The notes under the pieces: model-generated
What the model was told of the DNA's origin: nothing
The model's database searches: none
The model's input: only the letters and a program-made list of their open reading frames with translations
Made by a program: the position numbers and the translations under genes
In this document: piece by piece, positions 29,150-39,313 of the stretch
Numbering within the stretch: position 1 is the stretch's first letter
Layout: every line of letters starts with the position of its first letter
Assembly (NCBI GenBank): GCA_044224875.1
Contig: JBGAJQ010000016.1
Coordinates: 19,975-83,974 of the forward strand
DNA: 64,000 nucleotides
Direction of reading: 5' to 3'
DNA from: Gemmatimonadaceae bacterium
GTDB lineage: Bacteria > Gemmatimonadota > Gemmatimonadetes > Gemmatimonadales > Gemmatimonadaceae

Positions 29150-31918
29150 ATGCGCGCTTCTGAAATTCGCTCAAGCTTTCTCGACTACTTCCAGCGACAC
29201 GGCCACGCGGTTCGACCGAGCTCGTCGCTCGTTCCCGGCGACGACCCCACGCTGTTGTTCACCAACGCTGGCATGGTCCAGTTCAAGAAGGTCTTCCTCG
29301 GCTTGGAAGACACCGACTTTGGTCGTCGAGCCACCACGTCGCAGAAGTGCGTCCGCGCTGGTGGGAAGCACAATGACCTCGAACAAGTCGGACATACCGC
29401 GCGGCATCACACGTTTTTCGAGATGCTGGGCAACTTTTCGTTCGGCGATTACTTCAAGCGAGACGCGATTCGCTTTGCGTGGGAGTGGGTTACGGGGCCG
29501 CGCGCGGAGGGCAATCTGGGCATCGACCCGCGACACGTTCGCGATTCTGTGTTCCGCGACGATCAAGAGGCGCGCGAGCTCTGGCGCGAGGTAGCCGGCG
29601 TTCCCGACTCCCGGATCTATGGCCTTGGCGAGAAGGACAACTTCTGGCAGATGGCAGACACGGGTCCGTGTGGGCCATGTTCTGAACTCTATGTTGACCT
29701 TGCACGTCTCGCTGCCGACTGGGAATTCCCTGAAGGGGCGAGCGGCGAATGGACCGATCTGACGCGCACGGAGTTTTCCGTAGACGCTTTTGTCGAGGGC
29801 GCCGAGGCAGGACGCTTCCTTGAGATCTGGAACCTGGTGTTCATGCAGTTCGACCGTCAGCCCGACGGCACACTTGTTCCGCTGCCGAAGCCGTCGGTGG
29901 ATACCGGCGCCGGACTCGAGCGCATCGCCGCGGTGATGCAAGGCGTGACGAACAACTTCCACACGGACGTCTTTGCGCCGCTCATTGCGAAGATCGAAGA
30001 GGTGGTTGGTCTTCCCTACGAAGGGCGCGTGGCTGCGTCGGTGCGGAAACACGCAGTTGACCCTGCGTCCTTTCGAGTCTTGGCGGACCACGCTCGTGCG
30101 GTGGCCTTCCTCCTGGCCGACGGCGTGTTTCCCTCGAACGAGGGGCGTGGTTACGTGTTGCGTCGGATCCTTCGCCGAGCGGTGCGGCACGCATGGCTTC
30201 TTGGTCGTCGCGAACCAACGCTCACGCATGTGGTACAGGCCGTGATTTCGTCGATGAGTGGCGTCTTTCCCGAGCTGGGGCAACGGGCGACTCACATCGC
30301 GGAGACGACGCGCGCGGAAGAGGAGCGATTCCTGGCGACGATCGACGGCGGTATGCGACGGTTCGAGGAGATCGCGCCGCAGCACACGACCCAGGGATCC
30401 ACGGCGGTGCGGGGCACGGTGAGCGGCGACGACGCCTTCCGCTTGTATGACACCTACGGCTTCCCGTTGGACCTGACGGAGCTGATGGCGCGGGAACGCG
30501 GATACACCGTCGATATCGGCGGCTTCGACTCGGCCCTGGCGGCGCAGCGCGCGCAGTCGCAGGAGGACCGACGATCGCGCAAGCTGAGTGTGGGGGCGGA
30601 CGCCGCTGCCGACTGGACGTGGGAGACGGCAGACGGTGAGCGCGCCACGGGCGACACCACCATCCCGCAGTTCGTCGGATACGACGGCGTCGAGGTGCAG
30701 ACGCAGCTGACCGCATTGCATCGCCAGGACGGCGGCCGCGCGGCGATGCTGCTGCGCGAAACGCCGTTCTATGCGGAGTCGGGCGGTCAGGTGTCGGACC
30801 GCGGTGAGGTTGTAGGGGAGGGGTGGCGGCTTGCCGTAGATGATGTGCGCCGGATTGACGGGCGTATCGCAGCGTTAGGCAAGCTTTCTGGAAGCCCGCA
30901 ACTCGGGTCGGTGGTGGCTCGTGTGCCGGTGGCTCAACGTCGGGACACGGAGCGCAACCACACCGCGACGCACCTGTTGCATGCCGCCCTGCGCAGTGTG
31001 CTGGGCGACCATGTGCATCAGGCAGGGTCGCTCGTGGCCCCCGACCGGCTGCGATTCGACTTCACGCATCATGGTCCGATCAAGGCTGAGGCGATCGCTG
31101 AAATCGAGGTGCAGGTCAATCGCGGAATCTGGGCGGCTGTTCCCTTGCGGATCGAACAGAAGGGCTACAAGGATGCCGTGGCCGAAGGCGCGATGGCGCT
31201 GTTTGGCGAGAAGTACGGGGACGTGGTTCGCGTGGTGAAGATTCCGGGGCTTTCGGTGGAGCTTTGCGGCGGAACCCACGTGCGCAACACGTCGGAAATC
31301 GCCGTGTTCAAGGTGTTGAGCGAGACAGGCGTTGCGGCGGGTGTTCGCCGCATCGAGGCCGCGACCGGTGGGCGCGCGTTTGAGCTGCTGCGCGAACGCG
31401 AACACCTGCTGGCGCAAATTGCAGATGTCCTCAAGACCACGCCGGACACCGCTTTGAAGAAGGCGCAGGCGATGGTGGACGAACGGCGCGCGCTGGAAAA
31501 GAAGCTGGAGGAGGCGTTGAGGGGCGGGGGAGACCAGGTCCGACAGATGGTGAGTAGTGCCGTGCAGGTCGATGGCTTCCGCCTGGTGCAGGGCATGGTG
31601 CAGGCGGATGACGCCAAGACCCTCCAGGCGCTCGGCGACGCGCTGCGCGAACAGCTCGGGACCGGTGTGGCGGCCCTCGGCGCGTCCTTTGGCGACGGCA
31701 AGTCGACGATGCTGGTCGTGGCCACGGACGATGCGCGAGATCGTGGTTTGCGAGCGGACGTGATCGTGAAGGAGCTGGCGACGGCAGCCGGCGGTCGCGG
31801 CGGAGGAAAGCCGCACATGGCGCAGGCTGGCATACCCGACGCAACGCGGTTGCCCGACGCCCTGGCGCGGTTGGAGCCGACGGTGCGGTCGATCCTCGCG
31901 GGGGCCGGCGCTTCGTGA
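29150..31918 (+). CDS. alaS: Alanine--tRNA ligase
   Basis: 'DPTLLFTNAGMVQFK', 'HHTFFEMLGNFSFGDYFK', 'DTGAGLER', 'NHTATHLLH', 'ELCGGTHV', C-terminal 'GGRGGGK'. Confidence 0.99.
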   Translation: MRASEIRSSFLDYFQRHGHAVRPSSSLVPGDDPTLLFTNAGMVQFKKVFLGLEDTDFGRRATTSQKCVRAGGKHNDLEQVGHTARHHTFFEMLGNFSFGDYFKRDAIRFAWEWVTGPRAEGNLGIDPRHVRDSVFRDDQEARELWREVAGVPDSRIYGLGEKDNFWQMADTGPCGPCSELYVDLARLAADWEFPEGASGEWTDLTRTEFSVDAFVEGAEAGRFLEIWNLVFMQFDRQPDGTLVPLPKPSVDTGAGLERIAAVMQGVTNNFHTDVFAPLIAKIEEVVGLPYEGRVAASVRKHAVDPASFRVLADHARAVAFLLADGVFPSNEGRGYVLRRILRRAVRHAWLLGRREPTLTHVVQAVISSMSGVFPELGQRATHIAETTRAEEERFLATIDGGMRRFEEIAPQHTTQGSTAVRGTVSGDDAFRLYDTYGFPLDLTELMARERGYTVDIGGFDSALAAQRAQSQEDRRSRKLSVGADAAADWTWETADGERATGDTTIPQFVGYDGVEVQTQLTALHRQDGGRAAMLLRETPFYAESGGQVSDRGEVVGEGWRLAVDDVRRIDGRIAALGKLSGSPQLGSVVARVPVAQRRDTERNHTATHLLHAALRSVLGDHVHQAGSLVAPDRLRFDFTHHGPIKAEAIAEIEVQVNRGIWAAVPLRIEQKGYKDAVAEGAMALFGEKYGDVVRVVKIPGLSVELCGGTHVRNTSEIAVFKVLSETGVAAGVRRIEAATGGRAFELLREREHLLAQIADVLKTTPDTALKKAQAMVDERRALEKKLEEALRGGGDQVRQMVSSAVQVDGFRLVQGMVQADDAKTLQALGDALREQLGTGVAALGASFGDGKSTMLVVATDDARDRGLRADVIVKELATAAGGRGGGKPHMAQAGIPDATRLPDALARLEPTVRSILAGAGAS

Positions 31919-32226
31919 CCACGGCTGAGTGGTTGGCGGGTCGACGACCCGAGCCGCCGCCCGCCTTGGCCCAGCGAATTGCCTCCATCCTGCGCGAGCA
32001 GGCCCAGATGCCCCCGTCGCCGGACGGGCTGATCGACGGCGCTGAGCGAACGTTGCGGGCCTTGTTGCAGTCCAATGCCACGCAGCGTGACGGGGCCTTG
32101 GACCTGCTGGCCGCGGACGCACTGGTTACCTACGCCTTTGAGCTGGCGGCGGACGAACCGGAGCAGCTGGATGGCATCGCGACCGAGGCCATGCGGCGGT
32201 TGTCCGCGCATGCGTCGTCCACATGA
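31915..32226 (+). CDS. Hypothetical helical protein, translationally coupled to alaS
   Basis: GTGA overlap with alaS stop and ATGA overlap with next gene; 'ALDLLAADALVTYAFE' segment. Confidence 0.65.
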   Translation: MTTAEWLAGRRPEPPPALAQRIASILREQAQMPPSPDGLIDGAERTLRALLQSNATQRDGALDLLAADALVTYAFELAADEPEQLDGIATEAMRRLSAHASST

Positions 32227-33005
32227 TCGACCTTCACACGCACCTGTTGCCCGGGGTCGACGATGGATCGCCCACGCTGGAGCACTCGGCGATGGTGCTT
32301 GCCCGCTTTGGGGCAGAAGGTGTGCAGACCGTCGTCTGCACGCCGCACTTGGCGGCGACGGACAGTCCGCATGCGCCGGTTGACGCACACCTGGAACTTC
32401 TCCGCCAGCTGCAATCGCTGACCCCGCAGGGCGTGACGCTACTACCCGGATGGGAGATCATGCTGGACGCCCCCGGGGCACTCAGGCGCCAGGCAGGGCT
32501 TAGCCTTGGCACGTCACGCGCCACGCTGGTGGAGTGGCCGCGGGCCACCGTCCCGGACTGGGCGTCCGCTGAGCTGCTCCGCCTGCGCGGCCTGGGGATT
32601 GTTCCCCTCGTGGCACACGTGGAGCGCTACCGCGGCATCACGCTCGAGTTGGTCCGGGAGTGGCGCGAGTTTGGGGCGGTCATGCAGTCCGACGCGACTG
32701 TCCTGGTGGCGGGCGGCGACATGTGCGAGCTGGCGAAGCAGATGCTGGGACTTGGATTGATCGACGTGCTGGCGAGTGACAATCATGGCGACCGTCGCAC
32801 GCTCCAGATGGCTCGCTGGTGGCTGTCCGAGATTGGATTTCCCGAGCAGGCCACGTTGCTCACCGAAACGAACCCGGGGCGCCTGCTTCGCGACGAGTCG
32901 ATGCTACCGGTAGACGGCGTCCGGTTTGAGCAGGGAGCCTTGGCGCGCTTGCGTGCGTGGTGGCAGCGCCGTCGGCAGCCCGTCACTCACGATTCGGAGG
33001 GTTAG
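32223..33005 (+). CDS. CpsB/CapC-family PHP protein-tyrosine phosphatase
   Basis: 'MIDLHTHLLPGVDDG', 'TPH', 'AHVERY', 'ASDNH', 'NP'. Confidence 0.85.
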   Translation: MIDLHTHLLPGVDDGSPTLEHSAMVLARFGAEGVQTVVCTPHLAATDSPHAPVDAHLELLRQLQSLTPQGVTLLPGWEIMLDAPGALRRQAGLSLGTSRATLVEWPRATVPDWASAELLRLRGLGIVPLVAHVERYRGITLELVREWREFGAVMQSDATVLVAGGDMCELAKQMLGLGLIDVLASDNHGDRRTLQMARWWLSEIGFPEQATLLTETNPGRLLRDESMLPVDGVRFEQGALARLRAWWQRRRQPVTHDSEG

Positions 33006-33599
33006 ATGGTGAGTCCGCCCAGAGAGGCAGAACGCATCGCGGAACGGATGCGAGCGTTGGCCGAGGTGGCGACGCGCTCCGCGGCAACACTCGCCAACGA
33101 CGTCGCTAGCGTCGCGACGACCATCCGCACGACACTGGCAGCCGGCCGAAAGCTGCTGTTCTGCGGAAACGGAGGAAGCGCGGCCGACGCGCAGCATATC
33201 GCAACGGAGTACGTCGTGCGCTACATGAGGAACCGGCGCGCCTGGCCGGCGATTGCCCTCACGACGGATACGTCGCTCCTGACGGCGGCAGGGAACGACC
33301 TGGGCTTCGACGAAGTGTTCGCTCGGCAAGTCGAGGCGCTCGGGCAACCCGGCGACTGCCTCATCATCCACAGCACCAGCGGGAATTCGCCGAACGTGAT
33401 CCGGGCGGCCGAAGTCGCGCGCGCCCGCGGGCTGGTCGTCATTGGGCTCAGTGCGCGGGACGGCGGCGCGCTGGTACCGCTTTGTGACCACGCCATCGTG
33501 GTTCCAACCGACCGGACGGATCGGGCCCAAGAACTACATCTCTGCATTCAACACGCGATCTGCGAGATCGTCGAGGACGCCTTGGAGAACACCAGATGA
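33006..33599 (+). CDS. gmhA: Phosphoheptose isomerase (SIS domain)
   Basis: 'CGNGGSAADAQH', 'LTTDTS.LTA.GND', 'STSGNSPNV', 'QELH'. Confidence 0.93.
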   Translation: MVSPPREAERIAERMRALAEVATRSAATLANDVASVATTIRTTLAAGRKLLFCGNGGSAADAQHIATEYVVRYMRNRRAWPAIALTTDTSLLTAAGNDLGFDEVFARQVEALGQPGDCLIIHSTSGNSPNVIRAAEVARARGLVVIGLSARDGGALVPLCDHAIVVPTDRTDRAQELHLCIQHAICEIVEDALENTR

Positions 33600-34357
33600 T
33601 TGACCTGACGGGGAAGCGTGCAGTGGTCACGGGCGGATCGCGTGGGATTGGCGCTGCCACATCGCAATTGCTGGCTCGATGCGGTGCGAGCGTCGCCGTC
33701 AGCTACCGACATCGCGCCGCCGAGGCTGAGGCAATGGTCCGTTCGTTGGTCGGGATGGGGCGTGGCGTCCGGAGTTTCGCGCACGCCGCCGAATTGTCAG
33801 ATGCGGCGGCGGTCGATGCGCTGTTTGCCCGCGTGGAGCGGGAGTGGGGTGGGCTGGACATTTTCGTTGGTAACGCGGGAATCTGGCCTGTTGAGGAGGT
33901 GCCTGTTTCGGAGATGGCGGACGAGCGATGGTCGCGCACGGTCGCCGAGAATATCAACGGCATGTTTTACAGCACACGAGCCGCCTTGCGGCTCATGGGG
34001 CCGGGCGGACGCATTGTACTGATCTCCAGCACCGCGGGTCAGCGCGGCGAGTCCATGCACGCTGACTACGCAGCGTCCAAGGGTGCCATGATTTCGTTCG
34101 TGAAGTCGTTGGCGGTCGAGGTGGGAGCGCGCCAGATCACCTGCAACAGCGTGGCACCCGGTTGGGTGGACACGGAAATGTGCGTGGAGCCATTTGCGGC
34201 TGGCGGAAGAGATCGCATTGCAGCTGGTATTCCTGTCGGGCGTATCGCGACCCCGGAGGACATTGCAGCACCTGTTGTGTTCCTCTGTTCTGCAGAGGCG
34301 CGGCACGTCAACGGGGAGATCCTGAACGTGAACGGCGGCAGTGTCCTGTGCGGATAG
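33596..34357 (+). CDS. SDR-family oxidoreductase (FabG-like)
   Basis: 'TGGSRGIG', 'NAGI', catalytic 'YAASK', 'VAPGWVDT'. Confidence 0.92.
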   Translation: MIDLTGKRAVVTGGSRGIGAATSQLLARCGASVAVSYRHRAAEAEAMVRSLVGMGRGVRSFAHAAELSDAAAVDALFARVEREWGGLDIFVGNAGIWPVEEVPVSEMADERWSRTVAENINGMFYSTRAALRLMGPGGRIVLISSTAGQRGESMHADYAASKGAMISFVKSLAVEVGARQITCNSVAPGWVDTEMCVEPFAAGGRDRIAAGIPVGRIATPEDIAAPVVFLCSAEARHVNGEILNVNGGSVLCG

Positions 34358-35322
34358 TCGCCTGCGTCTTCACGGGCGGCACGATCTCGATGCGCGTCGA
34401 CGCGGCCCTGGGTGGCGCTGTCCCTGCGCTGGGGGCGGCCGAGATCGTCGCCGCGGCGCGAGGCATTGAGCACATCGCTGAGCTGCGCGTGGAAGAATGG
34501 GGACGCTTTCCAGGTCCTCACATGTCGCTGGAACGGATGTGGGAGCTCCGCTGCCGGCTGGTGGAGCTGGTGGCTGACCCTGCGATTGCTGGCGTCGTGG
34601 TCACGCATGGTACGGACACGCTGGAAGAGTCCGCGTACCTCATGACGCGTTCGATCAATACGTCCAAGCCGATCGTGTTCACCGGCGCTACGCGTAGCGC
34701 GTCCGAGCTTGGCTGGGATGGGCCGTCGAATCTGACGGATGCCGTTCGAGTGGCCGCCAGCGATCAGGCGTGCGGGTATGGCTCGCTGGTGGTCCTGAAC
34801 TCGCTCATTTTTGCCGGCGTGGACGTGACCAAGGCCCACACGCACCTGCTGGACGCATTCGAGAGTCCAGGGCTCGGGCCGGTGGGCGTGATCGACGAGG
34901 GAAGCGTGATCTTCCGCCGAGCGTTATCCGCGTTGCCGCCGGTGATCGACCCTCCGGCGTTAGGCATGCCGGTGGACATCGTGCTCACGTTTGCCGGTGC
35001 CGACCGCCGCCTGGTGGACGCCAGCGCGAAGACGGCGCGGGGAATCGTCGTTGCGGCGCTTGGCCGCGGGAATGTTCCTCCGAGCGTTGCCGCCGGTATT
35101 CGTGATGCCGTGGACGCGGGAACACCCGTGGTGGTGTCGTCACGCGCGTGGTGTGGTCGTGTCGCGGGGACCTACGCCTACGAGGGTGGCGGCCGTCACC
35201 TCGCGACGCTTGGCGCGTTGCTCACCGGCGCCAGGCGCCCGCAGCAAGCGCGATTGGACCTGGCGTTGGCGTTAGGTGCTGGGTACGATCGAGATGCACT
35301 CGCCACGTTGTTCGCCGACTGA
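34348..35322 (+). CDS. L-asparaginase, class 1 (bacterial type I/II fold)
   Basis: 'TGGTISM', 'VVTHGTDTLEESA', 'PIVFTGA', 'DGP.NL', 'TKAHT', 'G.GNVP'. Confidence 0.9.
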   Translation: MRIVACVFTGGTISMRVDAALGGAVPALGAAEIVAAARGIEHIAELRVEEWGRFPGPHMSLERMWELRCRLVELVADPAIAGVVVTHGTDTLEESAYLMTRSINTSKPIVFTGATRSASELGWDGPSNLTDAVRVAASDQACGYGSLVVLNSLIFAGVDVTKAHTHLLDAFESPGLGPVGVIDEGSVIFRRALSALPPVIDPPALGMPVDIVLTFAGADRRLVDASAKTARGIVVAALGRGNVPPSVAAGIRDAVDAGTPVVVSSRAWCGRVAGTYAYEGGGRHLATLGALLTGARRPQQARLDLALALGAGYDRDALATLFAD

Positions 35323-35335
35323 CGGTCCGCACTGC

Positions 35336-36673
35336 ATGGCGAACGACCCCATTCCCCCGTCCTTGCAGGCCCCGCGTGGGGTGCGCGAGATCGCCGAGAC
35401 GCTCGAACGCGCCGGGTATGACACCTGGTGCGTTGGTGGCGCGATACGCGACGTGCTCCTTGGCTACCCTCACCTCGACTGGGATTTTGCGACGGCTGCC
35501 ACGCCACCGCAGGTGCAAGCGCTCTTTCGGAAGACAGTCCCCGTCGGGATAGAACACGGGACGGTAGGCGTGCGCGACCGTTTTGGTGTGCTGCATGAAG
35601 TCACGACGTTTCGCCGCGACGTGCAGACGGACGGTCGCCACGCCGTGGTGGAGTTTGGCGCCTCGCTGGACGAGGATCTGGCTCGTCGCGACTTCACGAT
35701 CAACGCCATCGCCTACTCACCCACACGACATCTGTTGCACGATCCGTTCGGTGGCAGGGAGGACCTTCAGCGCCGGGTGTTGCGGGCGGTTGGCGTACCG
35801 GAAGACCGAATGCGCGAGGATCGGTTGCGAGCGCTGCGTGCCTTGCGCTTTGCCGGTCGGTTTGGCCTGGAGATCGAGGCAGCTACGTGGAAGGCGATTC
35901 AGTCGTCGGCGCCGTTCCTCACACGCCTGTCGAATGAACGCGTGAAGCAGGAACTCGAGAAGACCATGCAACAGCTGGCCTGTCCCAGTCGTTCGCTATT
36001 GCTCTGGAAGTCAAGCGGCGCGTTGCAGGCGTTGCTGCCGGATTTGGACGGCCAAGGGGACCTGCCGCTGGTGGCCCCCGACTTCGTCGGGCGCCCCGAC
36101 GATACCACGCGTCCAGAGCGTGCCTCACTCCGGCAGCTGGTGCGGCTGGCGGTGTGCTTTGTAGGCCTGGATCCGGCGAAGGTCGCCGCCGTCCTCCGCG
36201 GTCTCCGGTGCGCCAATCGCGATATCGATGCCATCTCGCACCTGGCGACCTGGCGACGTGACCTGGAGCCAGGAATTCGCAAGTCGTTAGGTGCTGGCGC
36301 GCCTACGACCGACGCGACGCTACGGCGCTGGGCCGCGGTGACCGGGCGCACGGACATGCCGTTATTGCTGCGAACACTCGCCGCTCGCTGGGCCGCGGAA
36401 GGGACCCTCGGCGCGGTGCCGCTATCCGCCCGCGACGTCGGATCCATGTACCGGCGCGCCGTCCGGGTGGCGTATCGCGACCCCGTTGGCGTGTCTGACC
36501 TCGCCATTCACGGTGGAGACTTGCTGGCCATGGGTATCGCGCCGGGACCGCGACTCGGCGAGATTTTGCGGACGTTGCTCGACCGCGTGCTGGAGGATCC
36601 TTCGGCGAATACACGAGAGCAACTCCTCAGCTGGGCCGCCGAGCTGTCGCCTCGGCGCCTTCCTCCCGCGTAG
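35336..36673 (+). CDS. cca: CCA tRNA nucleotidyltransferase (class II)
   Basis: 'VGGAIRD.LLG..DWDFAT', 'DLARRDFTINAIA', 'EDRLRALRALRF', 'SNERVKQE'. Confidence 0.85.
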   Translation: MANDPIPPSLQAPRGVREIAETLERAGYDTWCVGGAIRDVLLGYPHLDWDFATAATPPQVQALFRKTVPVGIEHGTVGVRDRFGVLHEVTTFRRDVQTDGRHAVVEFGASLDEDLARRDFTINAIAYSPTRHLLHDPFGGREDLQRRVLRAVGVPEDRMREDRLRALRALRFAGRFGLEIEAATWKAIQSSAPFLTRLSNERVKQELEKTMQQLACPSRSLLLWKSSGALQALLPDLDGQGDLPLVAPDFVGRPDDTTRPERASLRQLVRLAVCFVGLDPAKVAAVLRGLRCANRDIDAISHLATWRRDLEPGIRKSLGAGAPTTDATLRRWAAVTGRTDMPLLLRTLAARWAAEGTLGAVPLSARDVGSMYRRAVRVAYRDPVGVSDLAIHGGDLLAMGIAPGPRLGEILRTLLDRVLEDPSANTREQLLSWAAELSPRRLPPA

Positions 36674-36681
36674 CGGCTGCC

Positions 36682-37209
36682 ATGTTCCTTCGTGGTCGTC
36701 AACCCGAGTCGACGGTGTGGCCCCGCTTCCGCGCGGTTGGCGACGCGTTTGCCGTTCGCCGGTCCGGCACACTGGTGGAGACGGTGGTCCGGACCTCGGC
36801 GAGCCGAGCCGTCGACTTATTCCTGGCGCTGATCGAAGAACTCCCCCCCGCGGTGTCGGTCACCATCACGGACGTTCGATCTGACGGGATATGGTCCGGC
36901 GAGTCGCTGGCGCTCCCAGACGTAGTGGAAGTCATGGGACGGCTCAAACTCCCCCTGACGACGTACGCCGGAGCAGAGATCAGCGTCGTCGCCTCCGACG
37001 AGCAAGTGTCGCTCACTCGCGAACTGGGATTGTTCTGCTTCGCGCGCACGGAACGCTGGGTGTACCTGCTCCGAGGCCTTGGGTTGACGGAGCGAGCGAC
37101 GCTCGCCCCACGCAGTTGGCACCTGGCACCCGACCAGTTTCCGCCGGTGCGCGAGCTGACCTCCGCGCTGTCACTCGCGGCCGATCGTCTGAAGTTGAGT
37201 CCGTCGTGA
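36682..37209 (+). CDS. Hypothetical protein
   Basis: Fills the gap between cca and the ZIP gene; GTGA overlap with downstream start. Confidence 0.6.
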   Translation: MFLRGRQPESTVWPRFRAVGDAFAVRRSGTLVETVVRTSASRAVDLFLALIEELPPAVSVTITDVRSDGIWSGESLALPDVVEVMGRLKLPLTTYAGAEISVVASDEQVSLTRELGLFCFARTERWVYLLRGLGLTERATLAPRSWHLAPDQFPPVRELTSALSLAADRLKLSPS

Positions 37210-37919
37210 CCCTGGTGCCCTTGGGGTACGCGGCACTCGCCGCCGCCGGCAACGTGTTAGGCGCCGCGGCCATCACATGGCGGGCTCGTTGGAGCTCGCG
37301 CGCCTTGGAAGCCCTGCTCGCGGTTGCGGCGGGCTTCATGGTGAGCGTGGCTGTGGTCGAGCTCATTCCAGAATCCGTTGCTCGTTATGGCGTTGGTGCC
37401 GGGGGATGGATTCTTCTCGGTTACCTGCTGGTGCATTTCACGCAGCACACGATTGCCGCACATTTCCACTTTGGGGAGGAACGGCACGCCGTGTCGGCCT
37501 CCGTGAGCGTGTCGGCCTTGGTCGGACTGCTGCTGCACACGCTCGTGGATGGGGTGGCCATCGTTGCGGGCTATGACGTGAGCCCGGCCCTCGGTGCGTT
37601 GGTGTTTGTTGCCGTGGCGCTGCACAAGCTGCCGGAAGGGCTGGCGATTGCTTCCATGTTCCTGGCGGCTGGGTCGTCGCGAGGTCGCGCCTTGATGGCC
37701 GCCGCAGCGTTAGGCGGCATGACCATCGCTGGTGTGCTTCTGACGGAATCGATCGAGCCACTCAGTCGCCTCGGGTTGCCGTTGGCCTCTGGTGTCTCGC
37801 TCTACGTGGGCGCGTCGAACCTGGTTCCGGAGCTGCAGAAGACGCGTCGATGGCGCAACGCGATCATCTTCTTTCTGGGCTGTGCAGCGTTCTTCCTGGC
37901 GCGGGCCATGGTGGCGTGA
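37206..37919 (+). CDS. ZIP-family divalent metal transporter
   Basis: Multi-TM; His-rich loop 'HTIAAHFHFGEE.H'; 'LHT.VDG', 'LHKLPEG'. Confidence 0.88.
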   Translation: MTLVPLGYAALAAAGNVLGAAAITWRARWSSRALEALLAVAAGFMVSVAVVELIPESVARYGVGAGGWILLGYLLVHFTQHTIAAHFHFGEERHAVSASVSVSALVGLLLHTLVDGVAIVAGYDVSPALGALVFVAVALHKLPEGLAIASMFLAAGSSRGRALMAAAALGGMTIAGVLLTESIEPLSRLGLPLASGVSLYVGASNLVPELQKTRRWRNAIIFFLGCAAFFLARAMVA

Positions 37920-39313
37920 TGGCTCGATCGAACCGTGGGTCCGGCGCGAGTGAAGACACACTGTTCAGTCGACGGCGCGAGGCGGAGCCGTTGGCTGCGA
38001 GAATGCGGCCGCGAAGCCTCGATGAGGTCGTCGGACAGCACGACCTGCTCGGGCAAGGGAAGCCGCTCCGCGAAGCGATCGAGCGTGGCACACTCACGTC
38101 GATCATTCTGTGGGGGCCGCCGGGAACAGGAAAGACTACCATTGGCTTTCTGGTGGCGCGCTACACGGACCGCGAGTTCGTCCCGTTCTCGGCCGTCACA
38201 GAGGGTGTTCCACGCGTCCGGGAAATCATCGCCGAGGCGGAGAAGCGACTGGCGCTGGGTCGTCGTACCGTGCTGTTCGTCGACGAGATCCACCGGTTCA
38301 ATCGCGCGCAACAGGATGCCTTTCTTGGCGCGGTGGAGACGGGGGTAGTGACGCTCATTGGAGCCACCACGGAGAACCCATCCTTCGAACTGAATGGAGC
38401 ATTGCTGTCTCGGACTCGGGTGTTTGTCCTCCAGCCGTTGGAGCCGGAGGCACTGGCTGCGCTGCTGCGCCGGGCCCTCGACGATACGGAACGCGGGTTG
38501 GGGAGCTTGCGCCTCGCCGCCAGTGACGCGGCGCTGATGTGGCTCGCGGTTCAGGCGGACGGAGATGCGAGACGGGCACTTACGATCCTGGAGGCCGCGG
38601 CCTCTCACGTGCAGGCGGGGAGCGAGCTGACGGAGGAGGTCCTGCGCGAAGCGTTACAGCTGCGGGTGGCGCGGTACGACAAGGTTGGGGAGGAGCACTA
38701 CAATCTCATCTCCGCCTACCACAAGGCGCTTCGGGGGAGCGACCCGAACGGGGCGTTGTATTGGCTGGCTCGGATGATCGATGGGGGAGAGGATCCGATG
38801 TACATCGCGCGGCGCACCGTCCGATTCGCGGCGGAGGACGTCGGGTTGGCCGATCCCCAAGCGCTACATGTCGCCTTGGCGGCGCGTGATACATATCACG
38901 CGTTAGGCTCCCCGGAGGGTGAGCTGGCGATTGCCGAAGCCGCCGTCTACCTGGCGGTCGCCCCGAAATCCAACCGTGTGTATGAGGCGTGGAAGGCGGC
39001 GCTGGACCTGGCGCGCGCCACGCCGGCGGAGCCGGTGCCTCTCCACATTCGCAATGCGCCCACGGCGTTGATGAAGGAACTGGGCTATGGGAAGGGGTAC
39101 GAATACGCCCACTCCGTCCCCGAGGCTTACACGCCGCAAGAGTACCTTCCAGAGCGTTTGAAGGGCTCCGTATTATATGAGCCTGGAGCATTCGGGTTTG
39201 AGAAGGACATCGCCAAGCGTTTGGCGTGGTGGGCGGAGTTGAAGGAGAAGATGCAACGTCATCGCGCGGCGGACGCCGCCGAACTACCTGATGGAGGAAC
39301 TACTGATGCGTAA
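37919..39313 (+). CDS. rarA: Replication-associated recombination protein A (RarA/MgsA)
   Basis: 'PLAARMRP', 'WGPPGTGKTT', 'VDEIHRFNRAQQD', 'GATTENP', 'ISA.HK..RGSD', 'VPLH.RNAPT'. Confidence 0.95.
   Translation: MARSNRGSGASEDTLFSRRREAEPLAARMRPRSLDEVVGQHDLLGQGKPLREAIERGTLTSIILWGPPGTGKTTIGFLVARYTDREFVPFSAVTEGVPRVREIIAEAEKRLALGRRTVLFVDEIHRFNRAQQDAFLGAVETGVVTLIGATTENPSFELNGALLSRTRVFVLQPLEPEALAALLRRALDDTERGLGSLRLAASDAALMWLAVQADGDARRALTILEAAASHVQAGSELTEEVLREALQLRVARYDKVGEEHYNLISAYHKALRGSDPNGALYWLARMIDGGEDPMYIARRTVRFAAEDVGLADPQALHVALAARDTYHALGSPEGELAIAEAAVYLAVAPKSNRVYEAWKAALDLARATPAEPVPLHIRNAPTALMKELGYGKGYEYAHSVPEAYTPQEYLPERLKGSVLYEPGAFGFEKDIAKRLAWWAELKEKMQRHRAADAAELPDGGTTDA

Noticed and set aside
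29171..32388. Long antisense ORFs (516, 415, 407 aa) opposite alaS, and similar ones opposite other genes
   Set aside because: Expected shadow ORFs in high-GC coding DNA; no recognisable motifs.
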